DNA of 64,000 nt from a virus. Each line of letters opens with the position of its first letter. Within the stretch, counting starts at the first letter, position 1. The notes under the pieces are model-generated. The model was not told the DNA's origin, searched no databases, and was given only the letters and a program-made list of their open reading frames with translations. Shown here in pieces: positions 1 through 10,139 of this stretch. The translations under genes were made by a program, and so were the position numbers. The stretch is from positions 52,295 to 116,294 of the IMG/VR virus record IMGVR_UViG_3300010353_000347; one strand, written 5' to 3'.

Positions 1-280
1 CCGCTCGTATCGTCACTACCACGGGAGATGCTGCAAAGGAACCCCCCATCGCTGGCGGAGCAACCCCAAGTACCTGTATCGTCGCGGCGGTGTCTGCGAA
101 AATGTAGTCAGCGTCCCCCGAACCAGGGGACTCATCCACCTTCGCAAATGCCGATCCAGACGCGGGGTAGCTCTTCCACACCTTGCCCCCTAAGTCCACG
201 TTGGGGTACCCGACTTGGGTAATCCCCCACGTTACTGAGGCGACCAGGATGAGGCTAAGAGCCAATGCGATACGTAACAT
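1..280 (-). CDS. Partial (runs off window) fibre-associated protein with N-terminal signal peptide
   Basis: Hand translation from ATG at 280: MLRIALALSLILVASVTWG-ITQVGYPNVD..., open to base 1; overlaps end of upstream fibre gene; not in ORF track. Confidence 0.7.
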   Translation of the reverse strand, partial: MLRIALALSLILVASVTWGITQVGYPNVDLGGKVWKSYPASGSAFAKVDESPGSGDADYIFADTAATIQVLGVAPPAMGGSFAASPVVVTIRA

Positions 281-2753
281 TTATTGTCACTTCCGTTACG
301 GTGCTTGGGCAGGATGCACCTATGGTATACTCTCCCCAAGCTCCAGCGGTTATCGCGGAGTTGGCGATAGTCGTAGTCGTAGCTCCAGACGTAGTGGCGG
401 TGAGGTCGGAGGCTAGGACAGCCGTTCCGTTCACTTTGAACCCTATGTTACAGCTAGCCCCCCTCGTTCTAGCAGAGACTCGTGTGATCGCAGCGACGTT
501 GGGAAAGTAGAGGTACCCGACGCTGGAGGATGGCAGCGGATACGGGATGATGATGCTCTTCGTTTCCACCGCTACGTCACCAAGGTAGGTGGGAGCCACC
601 GTCCCTGACTTGATTGCCCCCCCCGCTACGGAACCGCTCGAAGAGATGGTTAAATTATTTTCTACTTGGGCATCAGTAAGAGGATCAGAAATCTGTGCAG
701 CAATTATTGATCCGGGAATTTGAGAAAGTTGAACTTGCCCAGGACCCAACCCCCAATCTATGTGATTGGTCGTTATACCATCATCTCTCAAAGACACACT
801 AGAATAATTCCCGTCCTGATCTATAGTAGTCAAAACAAATTGTTCCGGATGGAACGCCAATTTTGGTGATATATAACTGTACGGATCAAAAGTAGAATCA
901 TACCCAACAATGAGAAATGATGGGGAACCGGTATTGAAAACTTCCTTGTCTGTCCACACCAGGGCGTCCCCAACGGATGGTTGCCCGTCAATCAGGACTC
1001 CGTAGGATTCTAGGGTGCCATTCAAACCTGTTGCTACGACTGAAACTTCCGTTAGGTCAAGAGAGATGTTTGCTTCCCCGCGGGATTCCGTAACGTCAAA
1101 CCCGGCACCGAAGTCTAGGCTAGTCACGACGGGGACTACCTCCGTCCCTTCCTCGTTAACGGATGCGGTTGACCCGGAAACGTCGTCTGTCAGTACCCAT
1201 GCGCTACCGGCTGCTGACCACTTCAGGATATCCCCGTCCGATGGGGTAGCGGCTCCTGAGTCAATGTCATTGCCGAAAATCAACTCTGCCGATAGGGAAA
1301 GGGAGGATAGGTCTACGTCTACTTTGGCCTCCCCTAGAACATCGGTTACTACTAGGCCCGTTCCGAAATCTAAGGTGTTTGAGGTAACGACTGCCACCCC
1401 GTCATCTTTGGACACCACGATCTCCGGTATGGTGGCCTCAGATAAATCAAGGTCTATATCCGCATCGGTGCCAGAAAGAGTAGTATCAAAGCCTACCCCA
1501 AAGTTTAGGGACTGTACTCTCCCAATGCTTACGCTTTCTTCTTGAACGTCTACCGTAATCTGTGACGGTACCCACTCCCCATCCCCTACTACATACTGTA
1601 GAACGTCGCCGTCTGCGGGGGGTGAGTTGGCGGGGATGCCCCCGATCTCGTCTGCGGAAACCGTGATCTCCGATAGGTCAAGGTCAACCTGTACCTCTGA
1701 GGCGGAGGGCGTAGTCAGGTCAAACCCGACTCCGTAAGTCAGCTTAGTGGTGTCCCCCTGCACGAGACCCAAACCCTCGTAGAAGGACAAGCCGCTCGCC
1801 TGTACGTTGGCACCTACCGTTACGTCTACTTTCGTCCCATCGTCTACCACCGACATGGTGACGTTGGTTCCCGGTATGAGGTTCACTTTCGAGCGGGAGG
1901 CTATGGACACCCCACTCCGTAGGACTTCGACTGTCTGCGGGTCAGCTAGGACGCCCGACAGGCCCGCAACGTCCACCTCGTCAGCGCCCCCAAGCTCATG
2001 CTCGGAAGCGTGGGACTCCTCTTCCAAGTCTGCGGTCAGGTCTGTGCCCACGTTTAGGCTGGCGATCTGCGCCTGTGTTATGGTAACGGGATCTCCACCC
2101 CCTGCCCCATGACTTGCCGCGTGGGCGGATGGAGTCCGGGCATTCGTCATGCGGGGGTCTTGGGAGGTGACGTACCGATTCAGGTTGTTGGGTAGACCAG
2201 AGGTGCCCGACATGGCCGCTTTCTGGTTGGAGGACGGGTCATTCGCGTTGGAGTGCGTCGGGAAGTTCAAAGACAGCTTGGACTCCTCGATCCCCGCCGT
2301 CGCGGAGATATCCTCACTCAGAATCGTTCCGTCCTCGATCCGGGCTGAGGACAGCGTACCCGCCAAGTCGTTCAACCCTATCTCGTCGGTGCCACCCTCT
2401 TTGTGGGAATCCGCGTGAAGCTGAGTTCCTACAGGGATGTTGTCCGTTACGACAGCCCCAACCCCCGGCTTCGTGATCGACAGCTTGTAGAGTCCCGGTG
2501 CCGCCCAGAAGTCATAGTTCCCTTGGGCATCGGATGTATGGGGGTTCCCTTTGAGGGTTCCCTGGTCGTCGGAGTAAATGACCGCCAGGGTGTTTGTCCC
2601 GGCAAGATACACAGTTACCTGTGCCGCCTCTACGGCTGCACCTGTGGTGTCCCGAACGACGGAGAAGTAGTGCCCGTACTCTTCCCCAAGTCCGGGGGTA
2701 GCGGAAATCAGTAGGAGCAAGGCTCCCACGAGGAAAAGGTTACGAAGTCTCAC
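255..2753 (-). CDS. Tail fibre-like repeat protein with predicted signal peptide
   Basis: GTG at 2753 with AGGAG SD 8 nt upstream; MRLRNLFLVGALLLLISATPGLG leader; fibre-type repeats HADSHKEGGTDEI/HAASHGAGGGDPV/HASEHELGGADEV, several LxFGxGF repeats, PxDGDxLxW repeats. Confidence 0.7.
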   Translation of the reverse strand: MRLRNLFLVGALLLLISATPGLGEEYGHYFSVVRDTTGAAVEAAQVTVYLAGTNTLAVIYSDDQGTLKGNPHTSDAQGNYDFWAAPGLYKLSITKPGVGAVVTDNIPVGTQLHADSHKEGGTDEIGLNDLAGTLSSARIEDGTILSEDISATAGIEESKLSLNFPTHSNANDPSSNQKAAMSGTSGLPNNLNRYVTSQDPRMTNARTPSAHAASHGAGGGDPVTITQAQIASLNVGTDLTADLEEESHASEHELGGADEVDVAGLSGVLADPQTVEVLRSGVSIASRSKVNLIPGTNVTMSVVDDGTKVDVTVGANVQASGLSFYEGLGLVQGDTTKLTYGVGFDLTTPSASEVQVDLDLSEITVSADEIGGIPANSPPADGDVLQYVVGDGEWVPSQITVDVQEESVSIGRVQSLNFGVGFDTTLSGTDADIDLDLSEATIPEIVVSKDDGVAVVTSNTLDFGTGLVVTDVLGEAKVDVDLSSLSLSAELIFGNDIDSGAATPSDGDILKWSAAGSAWVLTDDVSGSTASVNEEGTEVVPVVTSLDFGAGFDVTESRGEANISLDLTEVSVVATGLNGTLESYGVLIDGQPSVGDALVWTDKEVFNTGSPSFLIVGYDSTFDPYSYISPKLAFHPEQFVLTTIDQDGNYSSVSLRDDGITTNHIDWGLGPGQVQLSQIPGSIIAAQISDPLTDAQVENNLTISSSGSVAGGAIKSGTVAPTYLGDVAVETKSIIIPYPLPSSSVGYLYFPNVAAITRVSARTRGASCNIGFKVNGTAVLASDLTATTSGATTTTIANSAITAGAWGEYTIGASCPSTVTEVTINVTYRIGS

Positions 2754-2763
2754 GGTAGGGCTC

Positions 2764-5700
2764 CTAGATCCCCGGACCATCCTCTCCGGGTTGTGGAAGT
2801 AGCTCGGTGATCCCAAGCGACTCAGGGTCGGACATAGCGTCAAGACTCGTGAACCACACACCCGGCAAGTCTGGCCGCTCGAAGAGGAGGCCAAGATCCG
2901 CGTCAAGGGGTGGGTAGCAACCGCTACGATCTAATAGCATATCCAGACCGTCTCTGTCAAGGTAGTAGGGGTCTCTGCTAGTGACAAGGGTGAATGACCC
3001 GTCTCTGTACCAAGTGTCAGGTTGATCCCGATACTTGGCCCCACCGTCTCTGTAGAGCGCAATGCACCACGACTGCGCCTCTTCCCAAGCCACGTGGATA
3101 TTGACCTCTTCTACGTCGTACCCGCAAGAGTCGCGCTTGGGGTCTCCAATGGGCATTCCGTCTCGGTAGTAGTGAAGCTCACCCCGCGTAGGCATGGGGG
3201 TAGGCCCGGTTTCCGAGTCTCGGGAGAGGATGTAGTATTCGTACTCAAACTGGTTCCGTCGTGGGGCGGTGTCAATGACGAGTCGGTAGTGCTGGTACTC
3301 GACTCGTGTGACCTCACTCCGATTCGGTACGAGACCGTCTCTCAGGTACTCAAACTGTGAGTTCTCACCCCGGTCAATGCAGATAGGGAACGGCCAAACA
3401 TCAATCTGCCCCGGAGTGAGTTCGGCAATGAAGTCGCTCTCCGAAACAGAGAAGGTGTCTGCCAGCGCCTTCACGTAGTCGATCCAGTCGAGAACCGTAT
3501 GGGCAGGGCGGACAAGCTCGATACGGTCGCGGATGTACCAGAACTCCTCTGGATCGAGAACGTAGTCCTTGATAGCAAAGACTTCGATCCCGAAGTGGGG
3601 GCTCTTGTACCAAGCCCCTCCGTTCTCTTTCAGGTCTACGAAGTCGTCTGGCACCACGGGGTTGAATCCGTACCAAGTTCCTGGGTACAGGCCAAGGATG
3701 GAGTAGGCGGACAGGGGAACGTCCTCTAGACGGACGGAAGATTCCTGACCCGACTCCAGCGAGCGGATAACGAGCTTCCCCCCCTCCACTACGCATTGCC
3801 CGCCTACGTCTACCAGCTTGACCTGAATCTCTTGGGCAATCGTATCCAAAGGCTTGGATACCTCCGGTGTCAACCGAATGTCTACTGCGGGGCTCCCATC
3901 AATGCGGATTCGGAGAGCGCACGTATTGGACGACACAGAGACCGTTGGGGATGAGGTACCGAAAACCTCCGCTCGGAACACCCTGGGGAGGAACGATCCG
4001 GGGTACTTATGGAACGTCTCGTAGTCTTTCGTCCAAAGCTCCACAAGGTTGATGACGTAGCCAAGGGAGTAGAACAGGATGCGGAAGGACTCCGTTAGAC
4101 CCTTCCTCTTGTACCACGATACCGCTTCCCTAAGCTGTGTTCTTTGTGAGTCCTCGTCGTCTCTCTCGGAGAGTGGGTACCCGATCATTTTAGCCAAGTA
4201 GGGCAGGTACTTGGTCTCACAGGTGTCAACGTCGAAGATCGTGGTGAACTCCTCAATGAACGAATCAAACTCGTCCATCGAGAGGGATACCACCTGGAGG
4301 AAGTCCTCTAGGTCTCCAATGCTCCTGTCCTGGTACGCGAACTCGCCGGGTAGGAAGCGAAGTAGGTTGTCCCGGAAGTAGTGGCTCCGCTGAATGACCT
4401 TACCGGAGATGCTTACGTTGACAGCCGCTTCTACGTCGATCCCCGCCGTTCGGATAACCCCCGGCTCAATCAAGACGTAGGGGTCAACCTCTACGGAGAC
4501 AGATGACTGCCGAATAACGAGAGGGGATACTGCAACGTCAACGGTACTTTCTACGCCTACCTCACCCGCGTCGTGGATAACCGTCATAACGGGGATGTCC
4601 CCGTCAATGTCCACGTTGACTTGGGCCTCTATGTCTACGTCACCCTTGTTGATTGTGGGTACGTGGTCAAGAGAAAGCACGTAGATCGCTGGGTTAGTTA
4701 CCCCTTGGAATTGGTTCGTTACGGCGGAATTGTTGTAGACCTCCAAGTCTAGGGTGTGTTCCAGACCATCCTCTGTGTAAGGATAGACGAGGGTTATTGC
4801 CCTGACACCAACGGTTGTACTTCCTCGACCTTGCGCTCTCTGGACACCGCCCTTCCTCTCTCTATCTTGATAAAGGTAGATCGATAGTTCTTGTCCGTAA
4901 GTCAACATCCCATTTCTCGGGCCAGCAACAACCAACGCCTTGCCCATGCCCGGGGTAGTAGTGTGGGATATAACGGGGTACGTCCCGGGGGGTGCGTATT
5001 TTTTTGCCGGGTCAGCTAGCTCCTGCCTCTGGATGCCTCCGATCCTGTCAAAGGGGATAGCGACTAGATACGCGGAGTGAGACGAGAAGGAAGAAGTGAG
5101 AACAATCTTATCCAGAGTGATCGTCTTACCTTCTGCACCTGTCTCCACAAAACAGAACGGAGAAATCACCTGCCTCTCTTGGGTCAACGGAATATTGGAG
5201 CCACCGTAAAAGATCGCGTCCAACCCAAACTGCAATGCTAGAGTTTCAGCGCCACTTTTGATTGCGTAGTTGGCTTGTCCGTTTGTAGAGATAGCTCTAG
5301 AGCTTATGACCGATCCCATGACAAAGAACGACTGGTTTGGTGGGAGGTCAAGAGTCAGTAGTGTGTGGGTCCCAACCCCGTGAGTTGCTGTGGTTTCCGA
5401 CTTGGCTACTAAATCCCCAAGCTCTCTGCGAAAAACCACAATAGAAGCATCCCTAAACTGACCAACTCCGTCGTTTTGGGGTTTTGCCATCCACAAAGAG
5501 AATTTGTGGTTCCCCGTGTACTTCGCTTCGTAGACAGCAACTCCGCCCAATCCCGTCCAGTCATACCATTCCGGGACACCCCCTACCCTGTGGTAGGTAA
5601 TTACATCTTCACCGCCCTCACTTTGCGCTCGCAGTTGAACGTGCGTTTGAACCGTGTCGTAGATTGACCCATAATTGACACAGGTGGAACCACCGATAAA

Positions 5701-6567
5701 CGCAAATACCTCTTCCCCCCTGTCTAAGAAGAGGTCGTCCGTTGTCAACTTTTCCGTGAAGTCGGTAGCCACCCCCGATTCCATCTGGTGAATAGTTGGA
5801 TCGTGGGCAGTTACATAGTGCCTACCGGCCTGCTCTGAGTAGTAGCTACCCCGACCTGATACGTCGCAGTCGGAAACGCTAGTGACTTCTACGTCGGCTG
5901 TAAACAGAATGTCGTCACTAAGCTCTACCCAAGCGTTGTAGCTCGTGTAGCTTCCGTTACCATCCGCCCCAGACAGGTCGGAAGCGTTATTGCTAGTACC
6001 ATAGATCCAGGGACCGTAAGTTGCGTTTCCAGTTAACGTGTTCTGCTGGCTGACTCCGACCTCAACCCGAAGTCTTGGCGCGTCCCACGACGGGTCGATA
6101 AGTACAGGTGTACCTATGGTGGAACCTACAGACTGTGCCCAAGCAAAGTATCTCTTCGTAGACCCTGAAGTCCACAAACTACTCACCGATCCAGACTTCA
6201 GAGGAATCAAAGTGGCGAGAAGCTGGTCGTTCCTGTCTACGATACCTACGAATATTTGGGCGCAGGCTTGCGCGGAAATCGATCCCGACGTGTTTTGGGC
6301 ACACTCCCACAGCGATGTAACTGTCCCGTCAATTGTCTGACCTGGGGCTAGGGGGGGAGACTCCAGAAGGAACATGGCGGTGTTCTTCCTGGAATCTTCT
6401 ACGACGTTGTTCATTGCCAATGAGAACCCAGTCTTAGTTCTCGACTGTGTGAGGATTCTTTGTCCGGGGGCAATGACGCGGTTCTGGAGACGCCTATCCT
6501 GATCCCAACCACCAACCAGGGATTTTCCGGTGAGGTTCGTAGTGCGTAAGTAGAAGCGGGTTGCCAA
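2764..6567 (-). CDS. Large baseplate wedge/tail protein containing P2 gpI-like domain
   Basis: 1267 aa; FDVDTCETKYLPYLAKMIGY...LREAVSWYKRKGLTESFRILFYSLGY is the P2 gpI-type signature; near baseplate J-like gene. Confidence 0.75.
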   Translation of the reverse strand: MATRFYLRTTNLTGKSLVGGWDQDRRLQNRVIAPGQRILTQSRTKTGFSLAMNNVVEDSRKNTAMFLLESPPLAPGQTIDGTVTSLWECAQNTSGSISAQACAQIFVGIVDRNDQLLATLIPLKSGSVSSLWTSGSTKRYFAWAQSVGSTIGTPVLIDPSWDAPRLRVEVGVSQQNTLTGNATYGPWIYGTSNNASDLSGADGNGSYTSYNAWVELSDDILFTADVEVTSVSDCDVSGRGSYYSEQAGRHYVTAHDPTIHQMESGVATDFTEKLTTDDLFLDRGEEVFAFIGGSTCVNYGSIYDTVQTHVQLRAQSEGGEDVITYHRVGGVPEWYDWTGLGGVAVYEAKYTGNHKFSLWMAKPQNDGVGQFRDASIVVFRRELGDLVAKSETTATHGVGTHTLLTLDLPPNQSFFVMGSVISSRAISTNGQANYAIKSGAETLALQFGLDAIFYGGSNIPLTQERQVISPFCFVETGAEGKTITLDKIVLTSSFSSHSAYLVAIPFDRIGGIQRQELADPAKKYAPPGTYPVISHTTTPGMGKALVVAGPRNGMLTYGQELSIYLYQDRERKGGVQRAQGRGSTTVGVRAITLVYPYTEDGLEHTLDLEVYNNSAVTNQFQGVTNPAIYVLSLDHVPTINKGDVDIEAQVNVDIDGDIPVMTVIHDAGEVGVESTVDVAVSPLVIRQSSVSVEVDPYVLIEPGVIRTAGIDVEAAVNVSISGKVIQRSHYFRDNLLRFLPGEFAYQDRSIGDLEDFLQVVSLSMDEFDSFIEEFTTIFDVDTCETKYLPYLAKMIGYPLSERDDEDSQRTQLREAVSWYKRKGLTESFRILFYSLGYVINLVELWTKDYETFHKYPGSFLPRVFRAEVFGTSSPTVSVSSNTCALRIRIDGSPAVDIRLTPEVSKPLDTIAQEIQVKLVDVGGQCVVEGGKLVIRSLESGQESSVRLEDVPLSAYSILGLYPGTWYGFNPVVPDDFVDLKENGGAWYKSPHFGIEVFAIKDYVLDPEEFWYIRDRIELVRPAHTVLDWIDYVKALADTFSVSESDFIAELTPGQIDVWPFPICIDRGENSQFEYLRDGLVPNRSEVTRVEYQHYRLVIDTAPRRNQFEYEYYILSRDSETGPTPMPTRGELHYYRDGMPIGDPKRDSCGYDVEEVNIHVAWEEAQSWCIALYRDGGAKYRDQPDTWYRDGSFTLVTSRDPYYLDRDGLDMLLDRSGCYPPLDADLGLLFERPDLPGVWFTSLDAMSDPESLGITELLPQPGEDGPGI

Positions 6568-6568
6568 G

Positions 6569-6955
6569 TTACGAGATCCTTACGCGGTACTTTCCTGTGG
6601 AGATGGTGTAGGTGGCTCCGATAGGCATAACCCACTCGGTTACTGGATCGGCCCACAGCAAAGTCCCGCCGGAAGCGGCGTCGAATGTGGCAACGTGGGT
6701 TACGTTCCCCCAATTCGCGGTATCTACAGGACCAAACACTACATCGGCCACGTTGGAGGCCAACCCGTTCGATGCTGCTCCTAGACCGGGAGATTGCCGG
6801 GAATACCCGTTCGTCCCTGGAGTGGTCACCTCCACACCAGCAACAGCGGGGTCACCCGTGTAGAGTGCAACGTAGAACGTAGGGGGGGTGTAGGTAGCAG
6901 TTCCCGTCAGGTGGTCAATGAGGGCGTTACGTATGGAGGCTGATAGGGAAGCCAT
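6569..6955 (-). CDS. Small phage tail/fibre-associated protein (paralog 1)
   Basis: 128 aa; YVALYTGDP...GY.RQ...FGP...WG.VTH...FDAASGG.LL; paralogous to next gene. Confidence 0.7.
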   Translation of the reverse strand: MASLSASIRNALIDHLTGTATYTPPTFYVALYTGDPAVAGVEVTTPGTNGYSRQSPGLGAASNGLASNVADVVFGPVDTANWGNVTHVATFDAASGGTLLWADPVTEWVMPIGATYTISTGKYRVRIS

Positions 6956-6958
6956 ACG

Positions 6959-7363
6959 TTACAGTCCCGGCTCTGTCTGCGTAACGGTAATGACCATGCT
7001 ACCAGGGTCAATCTGGAAATAGTCCCCGATAGCAACTGTCTTGGCTACGTCGATCTCGTCTAGGAACAGTAGGTTCCCTCCCGAAGCGGCGTCAAAGCCC
7101 CCAACGAAGGAACACTCCGCCCACTCTACGAGTGCAGGCCCCCAAGTTACCGCTGCGGCGTTGTCGATCACGCCCGACTCTGCGGCATTCATGGTGGCTA
7201 CCTGACGAGCGTACCCCTCCGTGCCCGGATTTGTTACCTCCGTCCCCGTGGTCTCCGGGTCACCGTTATACAACGAGAGGTATACAGTAGGGAAAGCGAA
7301 CTGCGCTCGCCCTGTGATATGGTCGAGGAACTTGTTCTTTGCGTAAGTGGATAGTCTGCCCAT
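6959..7363 (-). CDS. Small phage tail/fibre-associated protein (paralog 2)
   Basis: 134 aa; YLSLYNGDP...GYARQ...WGP...FDAASGGNLL; tandem paralog. Confidence 0.7.
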   Translation of the reverse strand: MGRLSTYAKNKFLDHITGRAQFAFPTVYLSLYNGDPETTGTEVTNPGTEGYARQVATMNAAESGVIDNAAAVTWGPALVEWAECSFVGGFDAASGGNLLFLDEIDVAKTVAIGDYFQIDPGSMVITVTQTEPGL

Positions 7364-7373
7364 GCTTTACTCC

Positions 7374-7763
7374 TCAAATGAAGTCACGAGAATGGGGGCT
7401 CTCGTCTTTGGTATAGTCCGCCAGCGACCGGAAGGCATCCGCCGCCGCCCGTACTGCATCTTTGTCACCGGAGATTCCGACGTAAGAACAGTACCCTACC
7501 TCCGGGTCTCTTCCTGCTCTCATGTACTCCCCCGTGTAGGGGTTGTTCCCCGTGACCACTACTCCGAAGTCTCCATACCACTCGAAGTACCCCTCCGGGC
7601 TCCGAACCATACCATCCGGTGTAGCTCCCATGATAGAGAGAACTTTTGTGAAGTTGTCCGGTGAGCAAACCGAGAGGTCAAAACCCCAATTCTCTTCGGG
7701 GGGCTTGGGCAGGAGGTGGCTCTCTACCATCTTCTCAAACTGTGACTTCTTAGCTCTCTTCAT
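7374..7763 (-). CDS. Hypothetical protein with basic leader ending VES
   Basis: 129 aa, co-oriented, GAGGA SD; leader MKRAKKSQFEKMVES. Confidence 0.65.
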   Translation of the reverse strand: MKRAKKSQFEKMVESHLLPKPPEENWGFDLSVCSPDNFTKVLSIMGATPDGMVRSPEGYFEWYGDFGVVVTGNNPYTGEYMRAGRDPEVGYCSYVGISGDKDAVRAAADAFRSLADYTKDESPHSRDFI

Positions 7764-7771
7764 GGCGATCC

Positions 7772-9313
7772 TCAGTCAACGGGAATGGGTACCTCTGGCG
7801 GGCAGGGGTACGAAGTAGCGATTGCAGGAACGTCCTGTGCCCTCTCCATTGTGAGGGTCAGGGTGCGTAGATACGGAAGCTCGTAGTTTTTCAGAGTCAC
7901 AGACTCTACAATAGTGTCTGGCTCGTCGGAGGAGAACTCGGTCAGGGTTACCCAAGCCACCCCATCTACGGAATCCAAAATTCTGTAGACGTTGCTCTTC
8001 CTGACTTCCTTCCCAAACACCGCGTTGTCCATGCTGAAGGCGTCCAGGATGGCCTCTTCGGCTCCCGCCTTGACCACACTCGGCAATACCCCCTTCTCGT
8101 AGTACAGGGTAGCCTTCAGGTCAATCGGGACGTAGACGGGATCGAGAAACTTGACCCGAGTGGTGATCGTCCTACGTTCCTCCAAAAACTTGAACAGGTC
8201 TGTCTTTAGCTGGTCGGACAGCTTCCCGTTGTTCACGGGGTCGTCTAGCAGGGCCTCCCGTGTCACCTCTTCGGGAGACACGACGATCATAACCCAATTG
8301 AACAGGTCGTAGTTGGGGGGGCCTGATTCCTGCTCACCCCAGCAATTGGCCTTCCCGACGCCTGGGAAGCCCTCAGACAGCGCAATGAAGTCTCCCTTGG
8401 TCATGGCCCGGAAAAGGGCTGATAGCTCCGCTGGGGCCTGTTTACGGGCGTGTTCGATGGTCTCCTGGTCGGCACCCCCCGTAGCAGCTTGGACGTTGGT
8501 TGCGGAGACGGAAACGGGAACCCCGCCGGAGTCCGTAATGTCGTCTATGATGACTTTGACTACGTTGATCCCAAGGTTGCCGTCCACTCCGTCGGACACG
8601 AGGTACCTGACGCTGGCATTGGGGGTATTCGACCGTCCCGGCTTGTACCCGAAGAACCCGTCTGGTAGGGTGATCCTGACCTCGCTGTTGTGGTCTACGT
8701 CCACCATGTAGACACGATCATCTGCCTGTGCGTTGACAAACGAGTCAACCTGCCGCCACAGAACTCCGTCAATGATGACTTCGACAGAGAGCGTGTCCAC
8801 CATCTTCTCGCTGAGTAGAAGGGTCTGCGACGCGACACCGGAGGTCGTGAACGTCTCTGTGGCCACCCTACCCTGCCTGACACCTACCTGTACGGTTGTG
8901 TCTCCAGCGGGGATAGCAGCGTATTCCGTCGTGGCGAAGTAGATCGGTTCCCCGCCCTGTGTGGCAAGCTGTGTCCACTTAGGGATCTCTACCCGAGTTG
9001 GGTAGGCCCCCGGTAGGGAGAACTCGACAACGGAGGTGGAAGAGGTTACGTGCGACAGTTTGTAGGCGATGAGCTTGCAGAGGTTGATGACGTTCCGCCG
9101 CTGCCTTGCGGTGGGCAGGAACGCCTCTTGGGCGCTCTGGTCTAGGTAGAATCCAAGCTGTGCCCCAATCGCTGCCCAAAGCTCCAGGAGTGCGATACCT
9201 GGGTCGCTTTGGGAGAAGTCTGTCCACCTATCCGTAATCCCCGGAATGAACTCGACAAGCTGTTGCCGAATTGACTCAAAGTCCCGCTGTGTGTACCTAA
9301 GTGTGCTTGACAC
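7772..9313 (-). CDS. Baseplate J-like / T4 gp6-like wedge protein
   Basis: YTQRDFESIRQQL...WTDFSQSDPGIALLE...QEAFLPTARQRRNV...GGADQETIEHAR...RAMTKGDF. Confidence 0.9.
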   Translation of the reverse strand: MSSTLRYTQRDFESIRQQLVEFIPGITDRWTDFSQSDPGIALLELWAAIGAQLGFYLDQSAQEAFLPTARQRRNVINLCKLIAYKLSHVTSSTSVVEFSLPGAYPTRVEIPKWTQLATQGGEPIYFATTEYAAIPAGDTTVQVGVRQGRVATETFTTSGVASQTLLLSEKMVDTLSVEVIIDGVLWRQVDSFVNAQADDRVYMVDVDHNSEVRITLPDGFFGYKPGRSNTPNASVRYLVSDGVDGNLGINVVKVIIDDITDSGGVPVSVSATNVQAATGGADQETIEHARKQAPAELSALFRAMTKGDFIALSEGFPGVGKANCWGEQESGPPNYDLFNWVMIVVSPEEVTREALLDDPVNNGKLSDQLKTDLFKFLEERRTITTRVKFLDPVYVPIDLKATLYYEKGVLPSVVKAGAEEAILDAFSMDNAVFGKEVRKSNVYRILDSVDGVAWVTLTEFSSDEPDTIVESVTLKNYELPYLRTLTLTMERAQDVPAIATSYPCPPEVPIPVD

Positions 9314-9327
9314 TAGACTACCTCTCC

Positions 9328-10059
9328 CTACACGATTCCTGCGATAGCCGACGGAGGAACATCGTCAATGACGAGGACTTCGTAAAACCCCTCCGGGAAC
9401 AAGTCAATCTCCAGGGCAGTCAGAACCTCAAAGCCCTGTCTACCCCCGTACTTGGGGAGGGCGATGGACTGAAACGGAACCCAACACTCAATCACGGTCG
9501 GCTCACCTGAGTCACCGTCAAACCGGCAAAGGTCATTCGTGAACACTCCCCCCGCTACATCTTCCCCAAGAGACCTAGCGATCCTGTTGACGTAGCTGGC
9601 AACGGAGGAGGCTATCTGGAGGTGCAACTCTGACCCGAACCCCTCTACGGATCGTGCGTACTCGCTCGCCGTGTGGTAGTCCGTCGTCATGTAGATCGCC
9701 TTGTCATCAAAGCCGAGCCTCCCCGTAGTGTGTCCACGTACAGCGGAGATGTACCCGTCGGTAATGTCCCAGAGCAAGTCGTCTGGAACCGTTCTCGGTA
9801 TCGCGTCCTGTGGAACACCCGATTCAAGGGCTAAACCCACCGCTCTCTCCCAATACACCGTTGCCATTTCGAGTACGGGTGCGTCAATCGTCGCCGTGGG
9901 AACCTTGATCCCCTCCCGGATGTACCGCTTCGCCTTGGCTAACACCGTGCCGTGGTACAGCTTCAGCGCCTTGGATGTCCAATCCAAGCTGTCTGTACCG
10001 CGAGAGATCCCTACAGGAGACTCCGTAAGCACCGCAGAAACCAATTTTTTGAATTTCAT
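9328..10059 (-). CDS. ADP-ribosyltransferase-fold protein (H-Y-E type), paralog 1
   Basis: LYHGT...IYMTTDYHTASEYA...EVLVIDDVPPSAI; leader MKFKKLVSAVLTES. Confidence 0.6.
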   Translation of the reverse strand: MKFKKLVSAVLTESPVGISRGTDSLDWTSKALKLYHGTVLAKAKRYIREGIKVPTATIDAPVLEMATVYWERAVGLALESGVPQDAIPRTVPDDLLWDITDGYISAVRGHTTGRLGFDDKAIYMTTDYHTASEYARSVEGFGSELHLQIASSVASYVNRIARSLGEDVAGGVFTNDLCRFDGDSGEPTVIECWVPFQSIALPKYGGRQGFEVLTALEIDLFPEGFYEVLVIDDVPPSAIAGIV

Positions 10060-10139
10060 TCGAGCGAGACAGTCCTATGGGAGACCTCATAGGATACTAG
10101 CTACCAGGGGTTGACACTTCTCGGAAGTGGGAGCATTGG

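Noticed and set aside
2754-2906. ORF-track N-terminal extension of the fibre gene and similar long upstream starts (44753, 61776, 58189, 31236, 24522)
   Set aside because: They overlap upstream genes and lack SD; downstream starts with SD or stop-start coupling fit better
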